From positions 57,228,001 to 57,292,000 of the forward strand of contig NC_087436.1 of NCBI RefSeq assembly GCF_036321535.1: a stretch of 64,000 bases of DNA. Reading direction: 5' to 3'. The notes beneath the pieces are model-generated. The model saw nothing but the letters and a program-made list of their open reading frames with translations. It searched no databases and was not told the DNA's origin. Position numbers and translations under genes: made by a program. Shown here piece after piece: positions 51,290 to 64,000 of this stretch. The DNA comes from Camelus dromedarius (taxonomy: Eukaryota). How positions within the stretch are numbered: position 1 is the first letter of the stretch; each line of letters starts with the position of its first letter.

Positions 51290-52110
51290 ATGACCCTAGA
51301 GAAAATATCTTCCCATGAAAGGTACCTAATGTAATGAAAACCCATGTAATGGCATATCATCATAAACTTTCAGAATAGGAATAAAGATCCTATTCAAAAA
51401 AATCCTGAAGTCTTCCTGATGGTAAAAGAATAAAAGATCAGGAATAAGAATGACATTAAACACCTCAAGAGCAAAACCAAAGTATAAGGAAAATAGAGCC
51501 ATACCATGTCCATTATAACTGAAGAAAAAATAGTTCACACTCCACTGAGTGTGAGAATAAAGATATTTTTTAAACTCTCAAGGTCTCAAAAAGTGACCTC
51601 CCTTTCCTCTTCCCCCCCGCCCCTTGAAGGAATTGATTGGAGGATATGTTCTGCTGAAATGAAGGAGTAGATCAAGAAAAAGGAACAGGTGGAGTCCTGA
51701 AAAGAGAGGAAGACATTGTGACATGTGGAGGGAATTATAGAATGATGGCTGTGTACTAGATGAGGAGAGCTGCCAGTCTGCACTGGAGTAGGAGAATGGA
51801 GGCGCCCAGCTGACATCACCGGGATAGACTGTATGAAGTATGAAAACATTTGGAAAAAATTTTACTAGGTCTGTTCAAATCCTTGGGGAAAATTAGAGAC
51901 AGGCACATAACAAAAGTAAAGTATTAACTAGGGAAAGTAATACTATGAAACATCAATGAAATTGTAGGATACTTGACAGCATACAATATTTACATAGTCA
52001 GAATACTATAAACTCTGACTACTGATTTAACCAAGCGATTACAAATATATTAGAAAGGGGGGTCATGGAATATATATGCCTATGAGATTTCTAAATCTTC
52101 AACTGTCAAT
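51290..52110 (+). mobile_element. HAL1-like (ORF1-only L1 derivative) remnant
   Basis: AAAAGATCAGGAATAAGAATGACATTA...GGTCTCAAAAAGTGACCTCCC...TGGAGGATATGTTC...AAATGAAGGAGTAGATCAAGAAA. Confidence 0.55.
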
Positions 52111-52599
52111 GCTATTTTACTTTTAGATTATGAACCTGAATTTTTATAATAAAAGATTAACTATAGATTGAATATATCCATACTTTGCATTAGATTTCCA
52201 AAATTTTTCTCGGAATACCCTTTTTAACTTAAAACTGCTGTCTGTGCTTTTAGAACTGATCGTTGCAAGGCTGACCCAACTGTAAGAGCAAGAGTGTTGC
52301 GGTTATATTTTTAAGATATTGTGGATAAACTTTTAAAAGTGTTCGTGTTAGGTCAAACTCCATCTCTCTCCTGTTTTTTTTAAACTTTACCAATATTTCA
52401 GTATTCTTTAGCCACTGGTTTTCAGTGAATGTTGAAATACTAAAGCTCCACAGAATACTACATAAAATGAAAAATATGATTTGATGAATAAGTGTTCACT
52501 GTCAACAGAATCAAATGGAGTTATATCATATTTTTATTATTTGGGCACAAGTTTTCTATCTTTTAGCAATCATATTGAGTTACTTGCTCTTTCTTCTAC

Positions 52600-52975
52600 C
52601 CCTTTGTTCTCCAGAGGTCTTGCCATGCTTTCTGAATAGAATATCCTTTCCACTATTTGTCTCTTGATCCATTTTTGTGCCTCTATCAAACATCCATTTA
52701 AAATAAAATTTCTTCATCAAGACCACTTGAATAGTTGTACACACACTGATCATTCCATTATTCCATTTCTCTTAGCGCTGATGTTTTGTGTTACATTAAT
52801 TTGTACCTGTTTTCATGTCGTCTTTGCATGTGTTATTATATCTTTTCATCTGCATCTTGTTCCCCTATTATATTGTAAATTCTCTGAGAATGAGGACAAT
52901 GTCTTTAACTTCATTTGCATATCTCCATGACATCCAGTAGAGAATGCCATTTGAAGGCAGCACTCAATTAAATCA
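52600..52975 (+). mobile_element. L2 3' remnant
   Basis: ATTGTAAATTCTCTGAGAATGAGGACAATGTCT...GCAGCACTCAATTAAAT. Confidence 0.6.
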
Positions 52976-53187
52976 CATTTTCACTGACAAAATCTTGTCT
53001 AGCTTTGGAAAATATGGTTTATAAAGCACTCAATATAGTTGTTATATATATTTTCTCTTAAAAAGTCTCTAAGAAGTATGCATATACAGTATTATGTAGA
53101 AGATACATGCTGAGTGGCTTCAAAAAAGTACAACCCAATGTATTGAAATATAATTTAAAAAATTCAGATGGCAGATAACAAAATATC

Positions 53188-53190
53188 ATT

Positions 53191-53225
<35 letters not shown>

Positions 53226-53236
53226 ATATATAAATG
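53188..53236. repeat. (AT)n microsatellite forming a near-perfect palindrome
   Basis: CATT-(TA)n with one interruption-AATG. Confidence 0.9.
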
Positions 53237-53589
53237 CAGGTTGAACCAATAGTATTAATTCATTCCAATAATATCCAAAATAAGCAAGCAACATAATTGT
53301 TTAGTATGTTCTTTCTCTTTGTATCTTAAAAAGTAGTCAGCCTGAATTTATATATTTATATTAAAAATGTGTGTTAAGAATGATAAAATTTCTAACAGAT
53401 TTTGGCTTTCTATAGTATTCAGAATGTGTGTCACCTCTTTAGCTTGTTTGTTTTTTTGATAAACTTGCCTCAACCACCTTTTTTTAATCTCATCAAAATT
53501 GTGTCAAATGCCCAGTTCAAGAATTCTGCTCTTGGGTTTCCTAAGCATTGAGTCTTAAATATTAAAGCTAGAAGAGTTCATTAAGTTCC

Positions 53590-53745
53590 AGTTACCAAGT
53601 ATGCTAGAGCAACAGAATCAGGAAAGAGCTCACACAACTGAGGAGCCCAGGCTCTAGGCCCAGCCGTCATCACTTTGGAGGTGGGGCCTAGAAATCTGTT
53701 ATTTTAACAGGCAGCATACTTGTGCCTCATGTATTGGCCAATCAG
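53590..53745. mobile_element. MER5-like hAT fossil
   Basis: CAGAATCAGGAAAGAGCT...GGTGGGGCCTAGAAATCTGTTATTTTAACAG. Confidence 0.55.
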
Positions 53746-56119
53746 TGATTTAGTCCAGTTTCTTCATTATAGATATAAATAAATGAAGACATCATACATA
53801 TATACCTAAGTGTATATGTGTGTGTGTGTCTGTCTGTGTGTGTGTGGATGTGGATAGATTTGTTGTTAATATCATTCTGCTTCTCAGATGTAGAATTCTA
53901 ATTCTTAATTACTCCCTCCCCCAACCCCCATCCCGTGGTATACTTCCACCTATATTCCTTGAGCAATTCCGTCTTCAAGTCTTTGCCCACACTCTTTCCC
54001 ACCTGCAATGGCCTCTCTTTTACCTTCTGCCAAATCAGGTTTATGGTACATATCCATCATGATTTCTTCCCATCTCACTTTCATACAGTCATCTTTCTTC
54101 ACTAAATTCTTGTTGAACCATTTATCTGACACTGAATCAGACACCACTGGCATGAAGATTATCTATGCATATAATATTTAATTCTACTCTGGCTCGTGTT
54201 CCCATCAAACCTATTAGAAATTCTATCTTGGGAAAAATTTTACCACTGAGGAAAAAACACCTTATTAATGGCAATAAATCCTTACTCATTTTGGGCAAAT
54301 GTTTTAACTATCAGAAAACCACATCAATGATCTGATACAGTCTGAAAGTATCATATTTCAGTTTTTAGAAAAGTGATTCTCGAACTTGAATGCACAGATG
54401 TATCGCTTGCAGTTGGACTCTCTCAGTCTGTCCAGTGGTATTTTAATATACACATACTGCATAATTACTTAACTTGATTTGATTCATCTCTTATTAAATT
54501 TGAAACCTCACAAACTATTCTGTCTTCTCTGTATCCCCACAGCATCTGTGTATCCTATACATAGTAAGTGATTAATAAATACTTGAATTGAATAATTAAA
54601 TTTGTCAAGACTGCTACCTAACTTTCTGATTTTAAAATCTCTAGTTAAGAACATTTAAAGCAGAAGTGTGATTGAAAGAAATATGGAATGCACCATAGAA
54701 AATCCTTACTCCTTTGTTTAAACCAGGAATAAAAGGTCAAAAAATGATAAAAGATGTCATTCTCAAAAAGGAAACCCTAGAATATGTAAAGAATGGGTTT
54801 TCTTTTGCTACCATCAGCTTCAGCTCATGTAACTATTTATATGAAACTTGCAAATTAAATTATTATTATTACTTTTTAACAAAGTCAGCTGTGTTAGACT
54901 TTGGAATATAGAAATAATACTCACTCAAGAAGGATCAATAACTCTTAGATTAAATGCTTTTGTCCCAATTGACTTTAGGTTTTAACTGAAAAATCAGAAA
55001 GACCTGTTCCTCAAAGAGCTTCCACGAATCAGTTGCAGAGGACACTTTCCCTATTGTCATGTTGCTAATCAATTTGCATCTTTTACACAAGCATCTAAAT
55101 GCCATGTGTGACTCTGAGGTTTAATGGATCTCCAAAGTAGTAAATTGCAGATTCTATCTGACAAGGATGCAAGGTTTTAAAACTATTGTAGTAGGTAGTA
55201 GAAGACCCTCGGTGGACTTCAGACCCTCATTCCTATGCCTCTCCTTGCAGTAAATGTTCCTGGAGATGCACATACTTTTTCAGGTCTATTGGGCTCATTT
55301 AGACCAGTGACTGTCATAGGTTTTACCAAGAATTTCTTCTTTTGGATTAAGGCGCAAAATTTCATTTGCTGTAATCACAAACCCTATTCGTCTTAGTTCA
55401 TGAACTTATGGCTCTGTTTGTGTAACTTTAGTCCATTTATGAATATTCTTCATGTCATTTGAGATGCATGTGGAGATAAAACAGCCAGTAAAGTGACAGC
55501 TGTATATTAAAATTTTTTGTATTGTTCCTTCCTCATTAAATGAGAAGACTTTAATTTTGTTATTGTCAGGAGACATCTATTTTTCAATTTACTAGAGAAC
55601 TTCTTTCCCTTGCTTATAGTCATTTTATTAGTTACTGTGACAATATCTCTGAGATATGGGTTGGTATTTTTATCTTAATTTTATGGTTACTGCATTAAAT
55701 CTATTTTATGCTTACCTCTGTTCTTAAATTTAGGGCAATGGGCATCATGGCAAAAGAGTCTGCAACTTTCCCACATTCCCGTGATATAATCCAAGCACTT
55801 TGTCTTCTATTTGTCCATAGCACCATCCTATGAACCACATTTATTTCCACAGGCATGCTGATTTCTTCACTTCTTGTAGGTGTGAAATTATAGCACATAT
55901 TTATTACCTCCAGTAAACATTAGCATTAGGCTGTGGTTGTAGATATCCCAAGTGGAATTTCATTTTTAGCATTGAGTCCTTGCATGCATGCCTGGCTCTA
56001 TCAGACTTTCAATCTTGTGCCCTCCCCTCCCCTATTTTTTTTTATCCTCTGACAAAGAAATTCTCACTTGTTCATAAGGAAATTTGATGTTCTCAGATGC
56101 AGGGAAGAGCAGAAGAGGA

Positions 56120-56375
56120 AAGGTAGAGAAACAAAGGGCACATAGAAGAGGGTTCAGAGCACAGACTCTGAAGCCAGATGGTCTGAATAGTATCAGGCTC
56201 TGCCATTACTTGCTGGGTATTTTGAGAAGGTTACTTTACCTCGTTGTGCTTCAGTTTATCCATCTGTAAAATGGGGATAAAAGCAGGCTTTATAGAGTTT
56301 TTCTGAGGATTAAGTCAATTAGTGTTTGTAAAGCACTGAGAAGGATGCCTGGCCCAGAAAGTGATAAATAGATAA
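56120..56375 (+). mobile_element. MIR SINE
   Basis: AGAGCACAGACTCTGAAGCCAGA...GGCTCTGCCATTACTTGCTG...CTTCAGTTTATCCATCTGTAAAATGGGGATAA. Confidence 0.85.
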
Positions 56376-57181
56376 ACAACAGGTGTTCTGGGTGATGGAC
56401 ATTGACGATGGTGAAATAACTGATTACAGTTTTACGAGTTTACATCACCTTAAGGATTTGAATCATTTTAATATACATATTTGAATAGAAAAATCAAGGC
56501 TTCTATATTTTATATACTTTTTTCCTTTGTTGCTTGCAGGCCATTAATTAGACAGTGGAAAAGAAATCACAAGAGTAAAATTGGTACATTGGAATGGTTA
56601 CTACAGGAGACAAATACTCTTCTCAGCTGGAGATCACTAAGTCCATCTTATAAATAAATGTGGAAATAGTACTTATTATTTCCTCAGGAGTCTCCTGGGT
56701 AATTCTACAAGATTCTTTGCCTGGAAATTCCTGTGAATAAGTTGCTAACAATTTGCTAGTGAGTGAGTCATATATTCCACTGGTTTTTCACCTACACATG
56801 GAGAATCCCCTTTTCCAAAAATCCCCCCTCTTCTTTCAGGTGTGGCAAGGCCTGAAACACTCACAGAAACATTTGAATAGCACTCTCTTTCATCTTCCAG
56901 CCATTTGAAGTAGGTTTCCAAACCAGTAAATCTCTACAAATTTATTTTATGAATAAAAATGCCATATCTGATACTGTAGCAGAGAGTGTACCAGATTTAG
57001 GCTATTTATTTCATTTTCTGATCATAGCACAGCATAATCTTTGCCCTAAAATTTCTGTTTATGTGGGGGAAAAAAAAAACTATGGTTAGATTTACATCTC
57101 CAATGAAAAAAGCATGGCAGGGAAGCAAAGTTAGCACCAGAAGTTGACACATTTTAAATTGACTATACTTCTATTAAAAAT

Positions 57182-57238
57182 ACATATATATATATGTATA
57201 TATATATATATGTATGTATATATACACACACACACACA
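57182..57238. repeat. Compound (TA)n/(CA)n microsatellite
   Basis: Alternating purine-pyrimidine run read directly. Confidence 0.9.
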
Positions 57239-59299
57239 AAGAAAAAAAGTTAGAAAACATTTTTTAAGTAGTCAAATGCAAAACTTTTGTGTCCTGATTC
57301 ATGAAAAATATATCTTAAAAGTATAAATTTTAATTCCTCCCTTGGAAAATCTATTTTATCTCTTCTACTTCATTTTTCATATGCATGGTCCTCAAAATCT
57401 AGAAATGGAAAAGGCATCTGACTGGGTATTATTATTTTTTCACTTTTAAAACAGGCATTTAAATATTTTTCTGTAATGTGAATTTGTGGCACTGTTGTAA
57501 TGAATTCTTTTTCAATTATAGGCTTGCACATTTATGCTCAATGAAGAGAAAGATAACTAGTATCTTCTAACTTATGTTTTAAATTTGTTTGTGGTGCTTT
57601 GAAAAAACAGAATATATGTCTTGTATATGTGTATGATATATGAATAGCTTCCTTGCCTTAGTACAGATCTCATAAGCTGGGGCATGAAATCACTTAGCCA
57701 GTCCAATAAAGATGTCAGCAGACTGTAACAGTGATCTATCCTGACCCTACCTTGCTTCAGTTTAGCCCTCAAAGATCAGACGCTTAGTGATACGTGTGTT
57801 AAAAACGTACACATTTAAAGTGATTACAAGAAGGATTGGACTACTGCCACGAAGCAGGTCAGAGAACTTCCATAATGACAGAACATCAAGCTGAACTACC
57901 AGGGTTTTCAACCCCTTGCTGCTTTTTTGACCCTAGTCCCTGGGCAACTAAATCAAAGTTAGGTATCCTAAGGCCATCAGGTAAAGGCCTAGGAACTTAT
58001 TGGGAACAAGTCCAATTTTGGATAGCCAGAAAATCAACACACACTCAGAGAAGTTCCCCTAAAACTATTTTGTGAAAGAAGCTAGGAGAAGCCTAATCTC
58101 CTAGTGGTTTTTTTAAAAAATGACTACATACATCCCAAGTTTATATTTAAGTCAGAGGCTCAAACCTGCAATCAAACACTCGAAGTGTAGAGAAGCTGTG
58201 GTAAAACCTCATGAATTATAAACAAGTGAGATTTTATGAAAATACAACTTTTTACTTAGGTGACAGAAAATAGAGGTAATACAAAATACAAATCAGCGTC
58301 TGCATAAACCCCAGGGCTTAGTTGCCTGCTGGAATACACTGTGGAAGGGTAATATGTACTCAACAGTAAGAGTGTTCAGTGTAGATCTTCGTTAAATTTT
58401 ATGACATGTGAGTCAATTTTGATGACTTTTCTATGGCAACCACAAGATGTACTGGTAAAAAGATGGCCTAAGGAAATCTAAAGTGCTCATCTTTTATCCA
58501 AGTTAGGAATTTAAATCTAAATCCATTAGAATGTGTCCTTTGTTTTAATAAACATACTGTGATATATCCGTATATTTCTTTAATCAAAATGGTATAATCT
58601 TATTTCGGTGAGAGTGGCTTTCCCCGAATTGAAAATACATCAATTACAATTGTGAAGTTAACTTGTTATTCTATTTAACTATCCATGTCACAAAACTATT
58701 ATCAGAGTATGAAAATTTTTTCAGAAGAAAATAATCTTTGTTGATGTGAGATTTAACTGCTGAAATTTAAGAACTCAAATCAATAGGCGTGTTTTATGCC
58801 AGCAAACTACAGATGCTCTCCATGTCGTATCCTGCAGTGAGTTTTAGGCACTCCATACGGCGAGCAGAACTAGTAACAAGTACATGCAAAAAATTGTGGG
58901 ATGATGCAAAACTAATTAATTGAGACAATTGATTTATGTGATAGGTCACTCAAGGAATTTTATTACGTTATTTCAACTAAATAATTGTATGATGAGTTTT
59001 CATTCCAGCTATAAAAATCATTGAATGATTGTAATTTTGTAATTAGATTAAGAAACATAAAAACTCAGTCTTCCAGAAATGATTTTTTTAATATAGGTAT
59101 CTTGGGCTAGTAAATAAGCTCTAAGTTTCATTGTTATACAGGTATATACTCATTGATATAAATAAAATGAAATTAAGCATATGATTCTATATAATGAAGA
59201 GTTATGTATATTCAGATGGTTGTGTCATTTTTATTGATTACAACCTATTAAATAAGAAATCTGAATAGGTTGACATACATGTAATCAGAAGTCTTAGGA

Positions 59300-59590
59300 C
59301 ATTTGGAAAAGAGCACAGGACTTAGAAAGCAGAGGAATTGAGGGTGTGGATCTGGCCCCATAGTTGGAATTAAAGCTTTGGCCTGTTATTTAGCCCTTTA
59401 AGCCTTAATTTCTTTGTCATGGGAATTTGGGGAATGAGCTATCTGATCTTTAAATTCCATCCAGCTCTACAATTTTATAATTCTGTTTACTTCCTATTTT
59501 ATATTTATATCTGCCTACATGATCTTTAAAATTCCATCCAGCTTTACAGTTTTATAGATCTTTTTATTTTCTACTTTATATTTTTATCTC
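59300..59590 (+). mobile_element. MIR3-like SINE whose 3' tail plus flank is tandemly duplicated (period about 76 bp)
   Basis: GAAAAGAGCACAGGACTTAG start; TGATCTTTAAA(A)TTCCATCCAGCT at 59444 and 59520. Confidence 0.7.
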
Positions 59591-60199
59591 ATTAAGAGAG
59601 AGGGTGGAAATAGAAGAAATAAAGCCATGTTAGATCAAGAGGCTGTCATAAAGAAACGTTATGTTCTGAATGCATCTGACTGCTGGCCTGAACAGACTTC
59701 TTCTCAGACTGCAGAACTATTATGAATGATCTTTGGGTAAAAGTGGAAAGAAGGTACATGTCAGATACGGATGGAGATACTTGTCCAAGATCCAGGAGAC
59801 CAGGATGCCTTCCCTGCCCTCAGGGCCCATGAGCCAACTGGAATCTTTCTTATAAATTCTTTTCCATATTTAATCTGGGGCTCAGAAGCATTTTTGTTAC
59901 TTGCAGCTAAAAACTTTTGGCCGAAGAATTCTAATAGCAAAGTGGATGAACAACAGGAATAGCTCTTTTACATCTGAGAAAATAGACACAGAGAAATATA
60001 TGCTACCTCCCTAAAGAATAAAAATGTGCAATGGAAACAATGTTAATGTCACCTTTTGTCCACCACACTGGCAAAAATTAAAATATTATGCCCAGATTTT
60101 GCAAAAGGCAGGGAAATAGGTCTGTGGCTGGATATATAAGTTACCACAAACAATATGGAGGGAAATTAGGCAACATATATCAAAACATAAATTAGCCAT

Positions 60200-62785
60200 T
60201 CATATGAATGGAATCAAATAATATACAGTGTCCTATGACTGACTTCTTTCACTTGGCATAATATTTTCAAGGTTTATTTATGTTCTAGCAATTATCAGTA
60301 TTTCTATCCTTTTGGTGGCCAAGTACTATTCCATTGCATGTATATGCCACATTTTGTTCATTCATTCATCAGTCCACAGACATTTTGGTTGTTTTCACCT
60401 TTTAACTACTATGAAAAATGCTGCTGTGCCCCTCATATATAAGGTTCTGTGTGAACATATGTTTTCATTTTCTTGTGTATACAGTTAGAAGTAAAATCGC
60501 TGGTCATATGGTAACTCTATGTTTAATCATTTGAGGAACTGCCAGACTGTTCTCCAAAGCAGCTGCACCATTTCACATTCCCGTAAGTAGGGCATAAGGG
60601 TTTTGACTTTTTCGTTCTTCATCAACACTAGTTATTATTGGACTTTTTGATTCTAGCCATCCTAGTAGGTGGGAAGTAATATCCCATTGTGGTTTTGATT
60701 TGCATTTCCCTGATGGCTAATGATGTCGAGCATCTTTTTGTGCGCCTGTCAGATATTTGTGTATTTTCCTTGAAGATATGTCTATTCAAATCCATTGTCC
60801 ATTTAAAATGTCTTTTTATTATTGAATTATTAGAGTTCTTTATATATTCTAGATATAAGTCCCTTATCAGATATATGATTTACAAATATTTTTTTCCATT
60901 CCATTGGTTGTCTTTTCACTTTCTTGGTGATATCCTTTGAAACACAAAAGTTTTTAATTTTGATGATATCCACTTTATCTATTTTTAACTTAGTTGCTTG
61001 TACTTTTGGTATTGTATTTAAGAATTCTTTGCGGAATCCAAAGTCATAAAGATTTACCTTTGTTTTCTTCTAAGTGTTTTAGCTCTTATATTTAGGTTTT
61101 TGACAAATTTTAGTTAATTTTTATATATGATGTGAGGTAAGGGTATAGTTTTACTCTTTTGCATATGGCTATCTAGTTGTTTCGGCACTGCTTGTCAAAA
61201 AGACTATTCTTTGCCCATTGGATGGTCTTGGCACTCTTGTTGAAATCAGTTGACAATAGATGTATGAGTTTATTTCTGGACTCTTGATTTTATTCCATTG
61301 ATCTATATGCTTATCATTGGGTTAAAACCACACCATTTTTATTACTGTTGCTTTATAGTAAGTTTGAAATCAGAAAGAGTGAATCCTACTACTTTGTCCT
61401 TTTTCAAGACTGTTTTAGTTATTCTGTGTCCCTTGCAATTCCATATGAATTTTAAAATCAGTTTGTCAATTTCTACAAAAAAGTCAGTTGGGATTTTGTT
61501 GAATCTGTGGATCATTATGGGAAGTACTGCCATCTTAACAATTTTAGGTTTTCCCATCTATAAACATGGGATGTTTTTCCAATTATTTAGATCTTTGATT
61601 TTTTTTTTCCCTAGTGCTTTGTAGTTTTCAGAATATAAGTTTTGCACTTCTTTGTTAAATTTATTTCTATGTATATGATTCTTTTGATGCTTTTATACAT
61701 GAGATTGTTTTCTTAAGTCCATTTTCTGGCTGTTCATTGCTAGTGTGTAGACACAATTGATTTTTGCATGTTGTTCTTGTATTTTGCAATCTTTCTGAAC
61801 TCATATAATGGTTCTAAGAGTTTTGTTTGTTTATTTTTAATGGCTTTCTTAGAATTTTCTATGTACAGTATGATGTCAAGCAGATATAGTTCTACTTATT
61901 CCTTTTCAATCTGGATGACTTTTATTTGTTTTTCCTGCCTAATTGCCTTGGATAGAACCTCCAGCTAAATGTTGAATAGAAGTGATTAGAGCAACCATCC
62001 TTGTCTTTTTCCTGATCTTAGGGGAAAGTATTCTAGTCTTTTACCGGTAAGTGTGATGTTAGCTACAGGTTTTTCATAGATGATTTTTACTAGGTTGAGA
62101 AATTTCATTTCTATTCTTAGTTTTCTGAGAGTTTTTATCATGAATGGATCTTGGATTTTGTCAAGCATATTTGCTCTACCTGTAAAGATGATCATGTGGT
62201 TCTTGTTCTTTACTCTAGTATTACGGTATACTACATGGATTGACTTTTGTATGTTAAGCTAACTTTGCATTCCTAAGATAAATCCACTTGGTCGTGTTGT
62301 GGAATACTTCTTATATGTTCTGGATTCAGTTTTCAAGTTTTTTATTCAGGATTTTTGCATCTATATTCACAACAGATATTAGTCTGATTCTTGGTCTGGT
62401 TTTGGTATCAGGGTAATACTGGCATCATAGAATGAGTTAGGAAGTATTTCCTCCTCTTCTATGTTTTGGAAGACTTGTGAAGGCTTGGTATTAATTCTTT
62501 AAATGTTGGTAGAATTCGCCAGTGAAGCTATCTGAGCCTGGGCTTTTCTATATAGGAAGTTTTAAAATTACTTATTCAATCTCTGAATATAGGTATTTCA
62601 GATTTCATACTTCTTTTTGAGTCAGTTTTCATAGTTTGTCTTTCTAAGAATTTGTCTTCATCAGAGTTATCTAATTCATTAGCATACAGTTTTTCACAGT
62701 ACTCTCAAAAATATTTTTTATTTCTGAAAGGCTAGGAGTTACTCCTTCTTTAAGTCCTGATTTTAGTAATTTGAGCCTTCTCTCA
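60200..62785 (-). mobile_element. L1MB-like element, 3' 2.6 kb including RT-region remnants
   Basis: ORFs 61342-61557 ([18 protein letters not shown]...[22 protein letters not shown]) and 61986-62195 (DKIQDPFMIKTL...FPLRSGKRQG) are L1 ORF2 pieces. Confidence 0.9.
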
Positions 62786-63290
62786 GGAAATTCCCTGAGG
62801 TGGTTGTCCCTCAACTTTCAAGAATTTGTTTACTATCCTCTGGGATGCATGTGTTTTACTAAGTGTTCTAGGTCTCTGTCATTGCATACAAAACCCTAAA
62901 TTTTATGGCTTTGAATCTTCAACAGGCCACTTCAGTGGTAGGAAGCAGGGGTGGTTAGTGAGCATTCATGCGGGAAAGCCATATCCTCAAATGCTATGCT
63001 GATTTTGAGGAGTCCCTACACTTAACTATTCCTTGGATCTCCTTTTCCTCAGTCCCCCAATCTCATCCTTTCCAAGTTCCTGATCATCTGATGAAACCAT
63101 CTACCACTGTCCATGTAATGTGGATGTTTAACTCTAGCCAGCTCTCCCAGCTATGGAGTGGACAGCCAAATGTAACCCTGAACATTTCTTCTCACCAGAG
63201 ATATTTCTTTCTCTACATACTTCAGGGTCTCCCTGCTGATAGTATGCAGTCTTCAAATCATATAAAACCATCCATGACTCATAGTTTAAC
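62785..63290 (-). mobile_element. ERVL/MaLR internal (pol-region) remnant
   Basis: Reverse strand TTAGTAAAACACATGCATCCCAGAGGATAG...CCACCTCAGGGAATTTCCT resembles the ERVL pol segment LVRHMxARGWEIN...PATSVKFL, with stops. Confidence 0.5.
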
Positions 63291-63513
63291 CATTGATAAG
63301 GATTCCTACGTTTTTCTTTTCTTTTCTACTTTTCTTTCTTTTTTAATGGAGACACTACTGCTGGCAATTCACCAGAAATAAGAAATTTTTATGAATTTCT
63401 ATTTTGGTACAAATATGTAGATGTAAAGACTTCCAGTTGGACTTCCTATTATAACAGTTCACATTCAATAGGTCTAGTAGCCAATGTAGACTCTGTGAAT
63501 TGCTCAGCAACTT

Positions 63514-63583
63514 AGAAAGGGTTCCCTAAAAGAAAAAAGAAAGAAAGAAAGAAAAACAGAAGAAAGAAAGAAAGGGTTCCCTA
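63514..63583 (+). mobile_element. Poly(A)-only retroinsertion (now GAAA-like) between perfect 15-bp TSDs
   Basis: AGAAAGGGTTCCCTA at 63514-63528 and 63569-63583 flanking 40 nt of A-rich sequence. Preceded by TT, giving a TT/AGAA L1 endonuclease-type site. Confidence 0.8.
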
Positions 63584-63719
63584 GGCTACAAAGCCTGAGC
63601 GGGAGAAAGAGAAAAGGTCATGAGTCCAAGAGGAGGGGAGAGCAAATGCAAAGGAGAGTATTATGAGCCCAGCCACAGCCTCTGCTGTTTCTGCTTTTCT
63701 GCCCCTTATTAATTGGGAA

Positions 63720-64000
63720 TTAATCTCAATTTGAAAAGAAAATTGCAAGACTGGAATAAGGGACTTTCCCACCACCCCTGAATTAGTTGAGAGTACATTG
63801 CCAACATTAATGCCCATTACCCTTAGATGCTTTAGTGTGTATTTCCAACGAACAAGGATAGACTCCTACATAACCATAACATAAATGTCAAAATGAAGAA
63901 AAATCCTTACAGATGCATTCCTGTCATCTAATCCCAAGACTCCATTCAGTTATTCCACTTGTGCCCGTTGATATATCCTTTAGAGCGAAAGGATCTGGTC
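63720..64000 (-). mobile_element. Old L1MC/MD-like 3' end, running off the window
   Basis: GAAAATTGCAAGAC...GATGCTTTAGTGTGTATTTCC...AACAAGGATAGACTCCTACATAACCATAAC. Confidence 0.6.

Noticed and set aside
62968..63381. 137-aa plus-strand ORF
   Set aside because: Antisense to a decayed ERVL internal remnant and running into T-rich low complexity; no protein similarity recognised.

Overview
AT-rich, CpG-depleted mammalian nuclear DNA, most likely camelid: it has two tRNA-derived Vic-1-type SINEs and camelid-style L1 3' ends, and I saw no Alu, B1/B2, Bov-tA, PRE-1 or Can-SINE. Roughly half is interspersed repeat: young and old L1, L2, MIR, ERVL/MaLR LTRs and hAT DNA-transposon fossils. I found no complete protein-coding gene, RNA gene, CRISPR array or prokaryote-type system. 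Most ORFs in the track are L1 remnants or chance ORFs. The window looks intronic or intergenic, with unidentified candidate exons on + (about 6.2-7.4 kb, possibly 56.5 kb) and a cluster of splice-like sites on - (27-29 kb). The best-supported oddities are structural: an end-to-end, TSD-bounded L1 with a large internal ORF2 deletion and nested insertions; a TSD-bounded poly(A)-only retroinsertion; a ~205-bp degenerate nested palindrome at 26.1-26.35 kb; a second hairpin at 28.5 kb; and several local duplications. Repeat family names come from visual recognition and boundaries are approximate unless TSDs are given. I cannot support a claim of a new biological system.
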